This document shows positions 20,435-30,189 of a stretch of 64,000 nt of DNA, piece after piece (position 1 is the stretch's first letter; every line of letters starts with the position of its first letter). The notes beneath the pieces are model-generated. The model ran no database searches. It had not been told where the DNA came from and saw only the letters and a program-made list of their open reading frames with translations. The position numbers and the translations under genes were made by a program. This DNA comes from an uncultured Acidobacteriota bacterium (lineage in GTDB: Bacteria; Acidobacteriota; Thermoanaerobaculia; Gp7-AA8). The stretch is from assembly GCA_963741955.1 (NCBI GenBank), contig CAVUKB010000006.1, positions 96,001 through 160,000 of the forward strand. Direction: 5' to 3'.

Positions 20435-21349
20435 TCAGGATCTCCGTTCGATGATGTAACGTGCGATGGGTCCCAGATAGTTCACCGGACCCCCGATGGT
20501 ATCAGCACTTCCGACGGCTTCCTCGAGGAGTGCGGCGGCCCGGTTGCGTGCCTCCTCCACCCCGAAAAGCGCCGGGTAGGTCAGCTTTCCCTGCGCGACG
20601 TCCTTTCCGGCCGTCTTTCCCAGCGTCGCCGCCGACTCTTCGATGTCGAGAAGATCGTCGACGATCTGAAACGCGAGGCCGACCGCGCGGCCGTACCGCT
20701 CCAGTTCCCGCAGGACGCTCTCGTGGGCTCCGGCGAGGATGCCTCCCAGCATCACCGCCCCGGTGATCAGTGCTCCGGTCTTGTTCTCGTGGATGAACGA
20801 GAGCGTGCCGGCGAGAAGCTTGCGGTCGGAGGTTCGCTCCTGCATCCGCTCGCTCTCGAGATCCGCGACCTGGCCCCCGATCATCCCTTGCGAATCGACC
20901 GCACTGGCGACGACGGCCAGCCCGCGCAGCTGCCGGTCGGCAGGAACGCCTCTCGCCGGTTTGGAGAGCCAGCTCATTGCCTCCGTCAGGAGCGCATCGC
21001 CGGTGAGGATCGCCAGCGCCTCTCCGAAGACCACGTGGACCGTCTTACGGCCTCTCCGCAGTTCGTCGTCGTCGAGTGCCGGCAGGTCGTCATGGACCAG
21101 CGAATACGTGTGAATCAGCTCCAGTGCCGCGAACTGCTGCATCCACGGCTCGGTCTCGACGCCGCAGCTCTCCGCGGCGGCAATGGCGAGGATCGGCCGG
21201 AGGCGCTTCCCGCCTCCGAGGACGGCATAGCGCATCGCCTTGTGGATCGATTCCGGAGGGGTGTTGTCCGGCGGAAGCCACTGCGCAATCGCGGCGTCGA
21301 CGCGATCGCGCTGCCGCCGCAGGTAATCCTGGACGTCGATGTCTCCCAT
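20435..21349 (-). CDS. ispA: Farnesyl diphosphate/polyprenyl synthase
   Basis: GGKRLRP, HDDLPALDDDELRRG, FQIVDDLLD, GKTAGKD. Confidence 0.92.
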   Translation of the reverse strand: MGDIDVQDYLRRQRDRVDAAIAQWLPPDNTPPESIHKAMRYAVLGGGKRLRPILAIAAAESCGVETEPWMQQFAALELIHTYSLVHDDLPALDDDELRRGRKTVHVVFGEALAILTGDALLTEAMSWLSKPARGVPADRQLRGLAVVASAVDSQGMIGGQVADLESERMQERTSDRKLLAGTLSFIHENKTGALITGAVMLGGILAGAHESVLRELERYGRAVGLAFQIVDDLLDIEESAATLGKTAGKDVAQGKLTYPALFGVEEARNRAAALLEEAVGSADTIGGPVNYLGPIARYIIERRS

Positions 21350-21469
21350 GACGGGCGGGAGTCTATCATCACGCACAGGCGGACAGCCCGGCCGGCAAGC
21401 CCGATCCCGGCTTCGAACGGTACAAGTCCTTGACACACTCCTCCTCCCCTTCGAAACTGGTCCGGTCCG

Positions 21470-22939
21470 ATGGCCACCCGTCACGTCTATCAGGTCAGCG
21501 ATCTCCTCACCGAGATCAACGACGTCCTCTCGAGCTACTTCGACATCTCCGTCGAAGGAGAGGTGACGAACTTCACCCGCGCGTCATCGGGGCACCTCTA
21601 TTTCTCGATCAAAGACGCGAAGGCGCAGCTCTCGGTGGTGATGTTCGCCACCTCCGCTCGGGGACTGAAGTTCCGGATCGAGAACGGCCTGAAGCTGATC
21701 CTCCGCGGCCGGCTGAAGATCTACGAGCCGCGCGGCACGTTCCAGTTCATGGCGGACTCCGCGGAGCCCGCCGGACTCGGTGCTCTGCAGCTCGCGTTCG
21801 AGCAGCTCAAAGCGAAGCTCCAGGCGGAAGGGCTCTTCGACCCGTCGCGAAAGAAACCGATTCCCGCTCTTCCGCAGCGCATCGCGGTGATCACCAGCCC
21901 GACCGGCGCCGCAGTGCGGGACATCGTGAACGTTCTGACCCGCCGCTTCGACGGCCTCTCGATTCAGATGTATCCCGTCCGCGTTCAGGGCACCGCGGCG
22001 GCGCGGGAGATCGCGAACGCGCTCCGCGACCTTTCGCGGTGGGACATCCACGACGTGGTCCTGATCTGCCGCGGGGGAGGCTCGCTCGAAGACCTCTGGC
22101 CGTTCAACGAGGAGATCGTGGCGCGCGCGGTGGCGGCGTGCCGGATCCCGACGATCTCCGGTGTCGGTCACGAGGTCGACTTCACGATCTGTGATTTCGT
22201 CGCAGATCTGCGGGCGCCGACCCCTTCCGCCGCCGCGGAGATCGTCATCCGGGCGAAGGCGGATCTCTGCACGCAGATCGATCATTCCGTGGTGCGGATC
22301 AGGCGAGTCTTCGAAGGACGCGTGGAGCGTTTCCGCACGTCGCTCCGGCACTTCGCGTCGTCCGACGGACTGGGCCGCGTTCCGGCCCGCGTCGCCGGAC
22401 GGCGCGAGCGGCTCCAGAACCGCCGCGTCCTTCTCTACCGCCTTCTGGAGGGAGAAGCGCGCGCGCTGCGCCAGCGGCTCACCCGCACCGAGACGCCGCT
22501 GAAGAGCTTTCCGGCGCGGCTCGCGCTGCGTAACCGGCTGAATTACGTCGCAGCGCTGCGCCAACGAATCGCTCGCGCAGAGCGCGTACGGCTCGAGCGG
22601 CATCGGCGTCAGCTCGAATCGACCATGGGGACCCTGCAGGCGGTCTCTCCTCTCTCCGTCGTCGCGCGCGGATACGCGATCGCATTCGCCATTCGGAACG
22701 GGAGACGCCAGCTTCTGATCGATTCGATGTCCGTCGCGATCGGGGATCCGATCGAGCTCCAGCTCAAGAAGGGAAGCCTCTCTACGACGGTCGACGGCCA
22801 CACACTGGGGCTGGAGACGCTCTGGCCCGAGACGAAGGCCGAGATGCCCGCCGCGGAGCCCGTCGCAAAAGATGATGCCGGTTCGTCCGGCGAAACCACG
22901 TCCGAGGAGATCACCGATGGCGCGCCAGCGCGGCAATGA
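21470..22939 (+). CDS. xseA: Exodeoxyribonuclease VII large subunit
   Basis: SGHLYFSIKD, ITSPTGAAVRD, RGGGSLEDLWPFNEE, GVGHEVD, APTPSAAAE. Confidence 0.95.
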   Translation: MATRHVYQVSDLLTEINDVLSSYFDISVEGEVTNFTRASSGHLYFSIKDAKAQLSVVMFATSARGLKFRIENGLKLILRGRLKIYEPRGTFQFMADSAEPAGLGALQLAFEQLKAKLQAEGLFDPSRKKPIPALPQRIAVITSPTGAAVRDIVNVLTRRFDGLSIQMYPVRVQGTAAAREIANALRDLSRWDIHDVVLICRGGGSLEDLWPFNEEIVARAVAACRIPTISGVGHEVDFTICDFVADLRAPTPSAAAEIVIRAKADLCTQIDHSVVRIRRVFEGRVERFRTSLRHFASSDGLGRVPARVAGRRERLQNRRVLLYRLLEGEARALRQRLTRTETPLKSFPARLALRNRLNYVAALRQRIARAERVRLERHRRQLESTMGTLQAVSPLSVVARGYAIAFAIRNGRRQLLIDSMSVAIGDPIELQLKKGSLSTTVDGHTLGLETLWPETKAEMPAAEPVAKDDAGSSGETTSEEITDGAPARQ

Positions 22940-23168
22940 ATTCGAAAAGGCGTTTCAGCAGCTCGAGAAGATCGTTCAGCGTCTCGAAGGGGAAGAGCTC
23001 TCCCTGGACGAGTCGCTCAAGCTCTTCGAAGAAGGGATCCGGCTTTCACGCTTCTGCCATCAGAAGCTTTCGGATGTCGAGAAGAAGATCGAGCTGATTC
23101 TTTCGGATGCCGATGGCGAGCCGGTGATGGAGCCGTTCGAGAGCGACGAGGTGGAAGAAGAGGTGTGA
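22917..23168 (+). CDS. xseB: Exodeoxyribonuclease VII small subunit
   Basis: FEKAFQQLEKIVQRLE...LDESLKLFEEG. Confidence 0.93.
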   Translation: MARQRGNEFEKAFQQLEKIVQRLEGEELSLDESLKLFEEGIRLSRFCHQKLSDVEKKIELILSDADGEPVMEPFESDEVEEEV

Positions 23169-23494
23169 GGAGAGAGGGAGAGACGGGGATTCCTTCCGAC
23201 TCCGGAGCGCGATTTTCTGAAGACTGACCGCTCCTCACAATTCGCCCTGGCGGCGCCTCGTCCCAAGAGACACCCGGTCCACGTTTCGTCACGCGGCGGG
23301 TGCGGACTTCGCTCCGGTCTCGATCAACACCAGCTCAGCCGAGTCGCGTTCGCTCGAAGGTTTGACGGGTCCAACTGAGAAGCGAAGGTATGCCCGGTTT
23401 CTTCCTCCAGTTCACCTCAAGGCCTACAATGGCAGCATGCTTTGCCCGCCGGCAAGGGGCATGTCTGTTATCCCCCGGCTCGCGAGGCAGTGAT

Positions 23495-24199
23495 CTACCA
23501 CCCGCCGCCGGTATTTGCAACGCACGTGCAACTGTAGTCGTTGCAGCATGCGTAGTAACCGGCGGCACATTTCACAGTACACGAACGATGGTACGTAACG
23601 CTGCCACCCGCGACATCCCACTCGACCGTGCATTCGGTTGATCCTTTCCCTCCAGATCGACAGCTCGCCGAGTCGCTATCCGCGCCGAACGGATCTTGAT
23701 AGTAAGGAGTGGCGCTCAACGGCTGTATGCTCCCGATCTGCGGGTTTTCCGTCTGCGGGGAGAACGCCATGAGGACATCCGTGAGCGTGATAGACCTCGT
23801 AGTCACATCGTACCAAGATAGCTGGTAGCCTTCCGCCTGCGTGACGCTGAACCCCGCAGGCCATGTGCGATTGACATCTGGCTGGCCCGCGACGCTGAAT
23901 GAAAATATCTGGCGCGTCGTGGCCGAGATCACGCGCACGTATTCGCTGTCATACTCGACGTGCGCGTTCTTAAGAATCAAGGACACGGCCGGTCCCGGCA
24001 TGCCGGAGACGAACACGAAGCCATAGTCAACCAGGCCCGCGTGGTCTGCACGACCGGTGTCGACACCGATGAAGGCGCGGCCGCCGTGCGTTGCGACTGC
24101 AACGTCCCCCTGCAGCGACTTCGCATGCGCAGGCGTCACGATCGCAAGCACGCCCGCCATCATGGCCGCTGCGAGAATCCACTTGCTCTGGTTCTTCAC
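23495..24199 (-). CDS. Secreted hypothetical protein with 8-Cys C-terminal domain
   Basis: Signal peptide ending PAHA; tail CRSGGKGSTEC...CTVKCAAGYYACCNDYSCTC; lower GC. Confidence 0.75.
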   Translation of the reverse strand: MKNQSKWILAAAMMAGVLAIVTPAHAKSLQGDVAVATHGGRAFIGVDTGRADHAGLVDYGFVFVSGMPGPAVSLILKNAHVEYDSEYVRVISATTRQIFSFSVAGQPDVNRTWPAGFSVTQAEGYQLSWYDVTTRSITLTDVLMAFSPQTENPQIGSIQPLSATPYYQDPFGADSDSASCRSGGKGSTECTVEWDVAGGSVTYHRSCTVKCAAGYYACCNDYSCTCVANTGGGW

Positions 24200-24308
24200 A
24201 CATCTTTTTTGCATATGTCTCTGCGATTTGATCGATTCTACTCATCGTACTGACGGCACCGTGAGTCGTCAAGGGCAACTCTAGGCAGAGGGCCAGCCGC
24301 TTTCCTCG

Positions 24309-24368
24309 TGGCCCGCGCCGCGGGCCGCGGCTTCCGTCGCTGCCGGCACGGCACGAGCCCCGCGGCCC
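24309..24368. repeat. Imperfect hairpin repeat, copy 1
   Basis: 36-bp core GCCGCGGCTTCCGTCGCTGCCGGCACGGCACGAGCC identical to 25863-25898. Confidence 0.8.
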
Positions 24369-24377
24369 CACGCGCGG

Positions 24378-24569
24378 GCCTCCTCCACACCTCTCGAGCG
24401 ACCCCCACTCGGTGCTCAGAGCGTGGACAAGCGTGTTTCTCACCGAGCCATAGCTTCCTGCGACCGGCTTGCAGAATTCCTCGGGGGAGAGAGACGAGAC
24501 GACTCCAAAGAGCCTTCTGTTGGCCCAGTAGCTGTAGTCGAACAGTGTCTCCAGGTCGGCTTTGATCAT
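24378..24569 (-). pseudogene. DinB family protein, 5' fragment
   Basis: LFDYSYWANRRL...GSYGSVRNTLVH...EW; homology ends at the hairpin repeat. Confidence 0.72.
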
Positions 24570-24623
24570 GTCAGACTCCATCGATTCGTATCGGACCGTG
24601 ATCCGTCGGATTCGTGCATCCGG

Positions 24624-25313
24624 ATGCGAGGGGGACGTCGTGAGGAAGTGCAGCGTTATGCGGATGGTGAGCTCGATGATCTGAGCGTCGCAGAGGCCCA
24701 TCTCCGCGAATGCGCGGCTTGCGCGAGCGCCGTTCTCGGCGAGATGCAGCTCAAGAGAGCGGTGGGCGACGTGGGGCGTTTCGTTCCTTCCGACCTTCTG
24801 CGGGCGCGGGTCAAGCGTCGCGTCACCGGTTGGCGGCTTCCGTCGCTGATTCCGCTCGTGGCCGGCATGGCAGCCGTCATCATCGGCGCTTTCGTGTTGA
24901 CCGGGACGTTCGGCAAATCTGCGTCGGGGCGCGAGCTGGCTGACCTCCACGCCACGATTCTGGCCAGCGCCAATCCGGTCGACGTCCTTTCTACGGACAG
25001 GCATACGGTCAAGCCGTGGTTCGAAGGAAGGCTGCCATTCTCCTTTCCGATTCCGGAGATGAGCGGAACGCCGTATCACGTAATCGGCGGACGAGTGGTC
25101 TATGTGCACAACCAGCCGGTGGCCTACATAATGGTCGGGAAGGCCAGGCACCGCCTGTCACTGTTCGTGGCGATGACGGATCTGCCGACCGCCAAAATGC
25201 GCGAGTTCGAATGTGTCAGTTGGAGCAATGGTGGTCTGAACTACGTGCTGGTCGGTGATGTGCCACGCACGGACCTGAATGCGTTGCGGGAATTGTTCGT
25301 CGCAAAACGCTAG
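24624..25313 (+). CDS. Transmembrane zf-HC2 anti-sigma factor
   Basis: YADGELD...HLRECAAC, TM segment, DRHTVKPWFEGRL periplasmic motif. Confidence 0.8.
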   Translation: MRGGRREEVQRYADGELDDLSVAEAHLRECAACASAVLGEMQLKRAVGDVGRFVPSDLLRARVKRRVTGWRLPSLIPLVAGMAAVIIGAFVLTGTFGKSASGRELADLHATILASANPVDVLSTDRHTVKPWFEGRLPFSFPIPEMSGTPYHVIGGRVVYVHNQPVAYIMVGKARHRLSLFVAMTDLPTAKMREFECVSWSNGGLNYVLVGDVPRTDLNALRELFVAKR

Positions 25314-25380
25314 CCTCCGGTAGCCTGCATTTCCCACGGCCGCGGACGGCCCTCTGCAGCCAGCGTCATGGGGGGCGATG

Positions 25381-25785
25381 TCAGACGCCTTTGTTCTTGT
25401 CGTCCCAGATTTTCGGCTCCCAGAGCTCGACTTTGTTCCCCTCCGGATCCATGATCCAGGCGAACTTGCCGTTCTCGTGCGATTCGGGGCCCTGGACGAT
25501 CTCCACACCACCCGCACGAAGCTGCGCCAGCAGCTCGCCGAGGTCGTCGACCCGGTAGTTGATCATGAAGGAAGAATTGCTCGGGCTGAACCACTGGCTG
25601 TCTCCATCCGCGACATGCCACACTGTGAGCCCGCGGTCCTCGGCCTCGTCGTTCGGCCATCTGAGGATCGCGCCGCCGAACGATTCCAGCGGCATACCCA
25701 GGTATTTCCGATACCACTCTGCAAGCGCGGCGCTCTCGCCTTTACTCTTGAAGAAGACGCCGCCGATTCCGGTAACCTTCGCCAT
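25381..25785 (-). CDS. VOC/glyoxalase family protein
   Basis: MAKVTGIGGVFFK...FMINYRVDDL...GKFAWIMDPEGNKVELWEP; GGAGG RBS. Confidence 0.92.
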   Translation of the reverse strand: MAKVTGIGGVFFKSKGESAALAEWYRKYLGMPLESFGGAILRWPNDEAEDRGLTVWHVADGDSQWFSPSNSSFMINYRVDDLGELLAQLRAGGVEIVQGPESHENGKFAWIMDPEGNKVELWEPKIWDDKNKGV

Positions 25786-25848
25786 CGCTTCCCTCCTCCG
25801 TATCGAGCCGCCTGACTGGTGCTCAGGCGAACGTATTCGAGAATCGCC

Positions 25849-25906
25849 TGGCCCGCGCGCGTGCCGCGGCTTCCGTCGCTGCCGGCACGGCACGAGCCGC
25901 GCGCCC
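25849..25906. repeat. Imperfect hairpin repeat, copy 2 (attC-like 3' flank on minus strand)
   Basis: Same core as 24309-24368; followed on minus strand by CAGGCGATTCTCGAATACGTTCGCC. Confidence 0.75.
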
Positions 25907-25918
25907 ATGTGCTGGCCT

Positions 25919-26416
25919 TTACGACGGGAGCTGCAGCGCGTCCACCCGGTTGAATCGCGGAATCGAGGTGTCCCGGTCCGAGATTGACGGCTCTTCCGCC
26001 TTCATGTCGATGATGCAGCCGTAGCCGGGATAAGCAACCAGAATCGCCTTCCGCCGGAGAACGTCGTCGACCAGCCGCACGTACAGCTCGCGATCGGTCA
26101 GATGGTTGGTGTTCTGCACGTACATCCCGAGCATGGCCAGACGCTGGAGGAGCTCGGTGAGCGTCTCCTGAAGTGCTTCGTCTTTGATCCGGTTCGTGGC
26201 GACGACCTTGAGTCCCGAGCGCTTCACCGCGTTGAGAGGAATCACCGGACGGATCGGCGGAACGCGTCCCATCTGCACTCCCCAGTGCGCCGCGTTGCAG
26301 AAATCATCCTCGAGGACCATCCGCATCGTCTGCGCGATCCCACCGAGCCCTTCTTCGTCGCGAGCCTCCATCACTCCCCAGCTCGGAATCCTGTAGACGG
26401 TGCTGTACGTCTGCAT
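25919..26416 (-). CDS. Hypothetical protein
   Basis: GAGGAGG RBS, plausible composition (TNHLTDRELY motif). Confidence 0.6.
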   Translation of the reverse strand: MQTYSTVYRIPSWGVMEARDEEGLGGIAQTMRMVLEDDFCNAAHWGVQMGRVPPIRPVIPLNAVKRSGLKVVATNRIKDEALQETLTELLQRLAMLGMYVQNTNHLTDRELYVRLVDDVLRRKAILVAYPGYGCIIDMKAEEPSISDRDTSIPRFNRVDALQLPS

Positions 26417-26563
26417 GCACGAACCCTCCTCACGGCGATTTTTCCGAGGATAGCAAATCGGATGGTGGATATGGACGAAATCGCCCGAGCAGGATACCGG
26501 CGCCGGTGACGATCCGGAGCAGGATTCTCGAATTGCGAGTCCCGACCTCCTCTTTCCCGGCCC

Positions 26564-27373
26564 TCATCCTTCGCCGGTAAGAGGTCCTTCGGCCCGTCCC
26601 TCCACGAACTGACGCACGATCGGATTCTTCGACTCCCGGAATTCTTCCGGAGTCCCTTCCTCGATGATCCTACCCTGGTAGACCATCGCGATCCGGTCCG
26701 CGATCTTGTACGCGACTTTCATGTCGTGCGAGATCGTCACGGTCGTCGTGTTCAGACGCTGATCCATCTCCAGGATCAGATCGGCGACCACGTCGCTGAT
26801 CACCGGGTCGAGACCGGTGGTCGGCTCGTCGAAGAGGAGAATGTCCGGCTCGAGCGCGATGGCTCGGGCGAAGCCGACCCGGCGGCGCATCCCTCCGGAC
26901 AACTCGGATGTCTTCTTCGTATCGACGTCCTGAAGATGCACCAGCTCCAGGCATTCGTGCACGCGATCGGCGATCTCCGCCTCGTTCTTGTCGGTGTGCC
27001 GCCGCAGCGGAAACGCGATGTTCTCGAAGACGTTCATCGAATCGAACAGCGCACCTTCCTGAAACGACATCCCGAAGCTGCGCCGGATCTGGTTCAGCTC
27101 CACCTTTTTGAGGCAGCAGAGATCGATCCCGGAGACGAGGACGTGACCGGCGTCCGGCTGGAGGAGTCCGATGATCAGCTTCAGAGTGACGCTCTTCCCG
27201 ACACCCGATCCGCCGACGATGACCACCGATTCGCCACGATGAACCTTCAGGGTCAGCCCGCGCAGGACCTGCTTGTCACCGAAGGCCTTGTAGACATCGT
27301 CGATGGTGAGGATGATCTCGTCCTCGAACGGACGGCGCCTGAGCGATGAACTCTCGTGTGTGCTGGAGGTCAT
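26564..27373 (-). CDS. mlaF: MlaF/Mkl-type ABC transporter ATPase
   Basis: GGSGVGKS, FQEGALFDS, LSGGMRRRVGFARA, DEPTTGLDP. Confidence 0.9.
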   Translation of the reverse strand: MTSSTHESSSLRRRPFEDEIILTIDDVYKAFGDKQVLRGLTLKVHRGESVVIVGGSGVGKSVTLKLIIGLLQPDAGHVLVSGIDLCCLKKVELNQIRRSFGMSFQEGALFDSMNVFENIAFPLRRHTDKNEAEIADRVHECLELVHLQDVDTKKTSELSGGMRRRVGFARAIALEPDILLFDEPTTGLDPVISDVVADLILEMDQRLNTTTVTISHDMKVAYKIADRIAMVYQGRIIEEGTPEEFRESKNPIVRQFVEGRAEGPLTGEG

Positions 27374-27379
27374 GATTCC

Positions 27380-28150
27380 TCAGAACATCATCTTGGTCAG
27401 GAAGAAGTCCGTGAGAAGAATGATCAGCGATGCAGAGACGACCGCAGTCGTCGTCGCGCGCCCCACCCCTTCGGCCCCGCCCGTCGTGTAATACCCACGA
27501 ACGCATCCGGTGAGAGTGAGAATCAGTCCGAAACTCGCGGCCTTCACCAGTCCGGTCCAGAAGTCGGACAACTCGAGAAACTGAAAGGTGTTCTGCTGAT
27601 AGAGGACGGGGTTCGCCCCGAGGAGCTTCACTGCGACGAGATACCCGCCGAAGATTCCGATGCCGTCACCAAGGATGGTGAGGAACGGCAGCATGATCGT
27701 ACCGGCGATCACGCGTGGTACGAAGAGATAGTGGACCGGATCGGTGGCCAGCGCCTCGAGGGCATCGAGCTGTTCGGTGACCCGCATCGTGCCGATCTCC
27801 GCCGCCATCGACGATCCGACGCGTCCGGTGACCATCAGTGCAACGAGAACCGGCCCGAGCTCGCGAAGCATCGCCAGCGCCACGACACTTCCGACGAAGT
27901 TCTCCGCGTGTACCCGCGAGAAGCCGGTATAGGTCTGCAGAGCGAGCACCATTCCGGTGAACATGCTGGTGAGGAAGACCACTGGGACCGACTCCACTCC
28001 GACGCGCACCATCTGCCCCAGCCAGAGCGAGAACTCGAACGGCGGACGCGCCGCCCAGACGAACGTCCGGCCGAGCATCTGAAACCATCGACCGGTCTCC
28101 TCGAATACGGCGAGGAACTTGATCCCGATCAGTTCGAATACGCTGGTCAT
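27380..28150 (-). CDS. mlaE: MlaE ABC transporter permease
   Basis: LRELGPVL...GRVGSSMAAEIGTMRVTEQLDAL, GGAEGVGRATT. Confidence 0.92.
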   Translation of the reverse strand: MTSVFELIGIKFLAVFEETGRWFQMLGRTFVWAARPPFEFSLWLGQMVRVGVESVPVVFLTSMFTGMVLALQTYTGFSRVHAENFVGSVVALAMLRELGPVLVALMVTGRVGSSMAAEIGTMRVTEQLDALEALATDPVHYLFVPRVIAGTIMLPFLTILGDGIGIFGGYLVAVKLLGANPVLYQQNTFQFLELSDFWTGLVKAASFGLILTLTGCVRGYYTTGGAEGVGRATTTAVVSASLIILLTDFFLTKMMF

Positions 28151-29346
28151 GCTCGACTGCTTTCCTTCCTCACTCGTCCGGCGAAGCGCGAACGGATGGT
28201 GGACGCTCCATCCCGGCGATAGATCCGCGGTACACGCGCGCTCACCCGGCAGAATACCTCGTACGGGATTGTACCGGTCCAGTGCGCGATCTCCTCCGCC
28301 GGAATTTCTTCGTCCCCCTGCCGACCGAGGAGGACCACTTCGTCGCCGATCGCGACACCCTCGACATCGGTCACGTCGATGGTGATCAGATCCATCGAGA
28401 CGCGTCCAATCACCGCGACCCGTCTCCCGCGGATCAGTACCTCCGCACGGTTCGACAGGAGTCGATCGTATCCGTCCGCATACCCCACCGGCAGAGTCGC
28501 GACGCGCGTGGTGCGCCTCGTCTGAAACGTGCGTCCATATCCGACCGACGAACCCGGCGGCAGAGTCTTCAGCCGTGCCACCTCGGTGCGCCAGCGCATC
28601 AGCGGTTCGAGCCGTGTCGTTCCGCGGTCCATCGGCTCTCCACCGTAGAGGGCGATCCCGACCCGGACGAAATCGCCCGGAGTGACGAGTCCCCGCATCA
28701 CCGCGGCGCTGTTCGCGAGATGGTGGACCGGAGCGTCGAGACCTCCATGTGCGAGCCGCGCGAGCATCCGCTCGAAATTCGCGAGTTGCGTTTCGGTGTA
28801 CGGATCGTCCGGATCCGACGCGTTTGCGAAGTGGCTGTACACCCCGTCGACGCGAAGGGAAGGGGCGGAGCGGAGCGTCTCGAGCATCCCGTCCAGATCG
28901 GATTCGAGGAATCCCATCCGTCCCATCCCGCTGTCGAGCTTCAGGTGGATGTGGAGATCGGCCTCTCTCTTCCGGGCGTATCCGGCGAGGAGGTCGAGCT
29001 CTTCCGGTCCGACCACGCCGCACGTGATCTCCGCTCGCGAGGCCATCTCGATCTGCTCGTCCGACGCGACCGGTCCGAGGAGGAGGATGGTGCCCTCGAT
29101 TCCGGCGTCGCGTAGCTCGATCGCTTCCTCGAGGAGTGCGACCGCGAATACGTCGACGCCTTCGTCGAGAGCCGCGCGTGCGACCTCGACCGCACCGTGA
29201 CCATACGCGTCGGCCTTCACCACCGCCACCAGGCGCGCAGCCGTTCCGGTCCGCGCGCGGACTGCGCGGACGTTGCGGACGAATGCGTCGAGATCGATCT
29301 CGGCGAACGTCGGGCGGAACGAGCTCAGCTCAGGCGTGATAGACAT
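28147..29346 (-). CDS. alr: Alanine racemase
   Basis: VVKADAYGHG, KLDSGMGRMG, HLANSA, VGYADGY, GRVSMD, TIPYE. Confidence 0.96.
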   Translation of the reverse strand: MSITPELSSFRPTFAEIDLDAFVRNVRAVRARTGTAARLVAVVKADAYGHGAVEVARAALDEGVDVFAVALLEEAIELRDAGIEGTILLLGPVASDEQIEMASRAEITCGVVGPEELDLLAGYARKREADLHIHLKLDSGMGRMGFLESDLDGMLETLRSAPSLRVDGVYSHFANASDPDDPYTETQLANFERMLARLAHGGLDAPVHHLANSAAVMRGLVTPGDFVRVGIALYGGEPMDRGTTRLEPLMRWRTEVARLKTLPPGSSVGYGRTFQTRRTTRVATLPVGYADGYDRLLSNRAEVLIRGRRVAVIGRVSMDLITIDVTDVEGVAIGDEVVLLGRQGDEEIPAEEIAHWTGTIPYEVFCRVSARVPRIYRRDGASTIRSRFAGRVRKESSRA

Positions 29347-30043
29347 GAATGTTCTGGCCGTTGAGCGGCCTCGATCGATCCGATGCAAGAAACAGGATCA
29401 CCTCGGCAACTTCGGACGGTCCCATGTCGGGCACCAGATCCGGAAGCGCCTCCCGCAGCATCGGCGTATCGACAGATCCTGGAGAAACCGCGTTGACCCT
29501 CACCCCGTACGGCGAGACCTCGACCGACAGCGCGTCGGTGAAGGAGATCACCGCCCCCTTCGACGCGCAGTACGCGGACGAACCGGGAAATTTCCGTGGA
29601 CCGGGCACCCCCGAGATCGATGCGACGTTCACGATCACGCCGCGGCGACGCTCGAGCATCGCCGGAAGCGCCCGGCGGCAGGTGAGGAACATCCCGCGGA
29701 TGTTGACGTTGAAGACCCGGTCCCAGTCGGCAATGGCCATCTCCGTCAGCGGACGTGGCGCGGATGTCCCGGCGTTGTTGACCAGGATGTCGCACGGACC
29801 GAATCGCTCTTCGCAGGCGTGAAAGAGAGCCTCGACGGATGCAGGCTCGGAGAGATCGCCGGGAACGGCGAGAAAGCGCTCCGGATCGCGCGCGGCGAGC
29901 TCTTCCAGCTTTTCCTTCGAACGGGCGAAGACGACTACCCGCGCGCCCTCGCGCGCGAGCCGTTCGGCCGTCGCGAGGCCGATCCCGCTCGACGCTCCGG
30001 TCACGATCGCGGTTCTCTCTTCGAGCTCACCCACGCCGCGCAT
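29330..30043 (-). CDS. SDR family oxidoreductase
   Basis: TGASSGIG, NNAG, YCASK, VNAVSPG. Confidence 0.92.
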   Translation of the reverse strand: MRGVGELEERTAIVTGASSGIGLATAERLAREGARVVVFARSKEKLEELAARDPERFLAVPGDLSEPASVEALFHACEERFGPCDILVNNAGTSAPRPLTEMAIADWDRVFNVNIRGMFLTCRRALPAMLERRRGVIVNVASISGVPGPRKFPGSSAYCASKGAVISFTDALSVEVSPYGVRVNAVSPGSVDTPMLREALPDLVPDMGPSEVAEVILFLASDRSRPLNGQNIHVYHA

Positions 30044-30189
30044 TCTATAGAGGCGAGGGGCGAGAGGCGAGCGGCGATGTGACGAGGGGGCAACGCTCCA
30101 ATTCCACACGGCTTACCGAGTTTCGGGGGAGCGGGTGCTGTCCGCGTTCTTTGGTGAATTCACTCGACGGTGCGAGTATCGACGACACT

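Noticed and set aside
26564-28150. mlaEF without adjacent mlaD
   Set aside because: Split mla loci are common; cannot assess from this window
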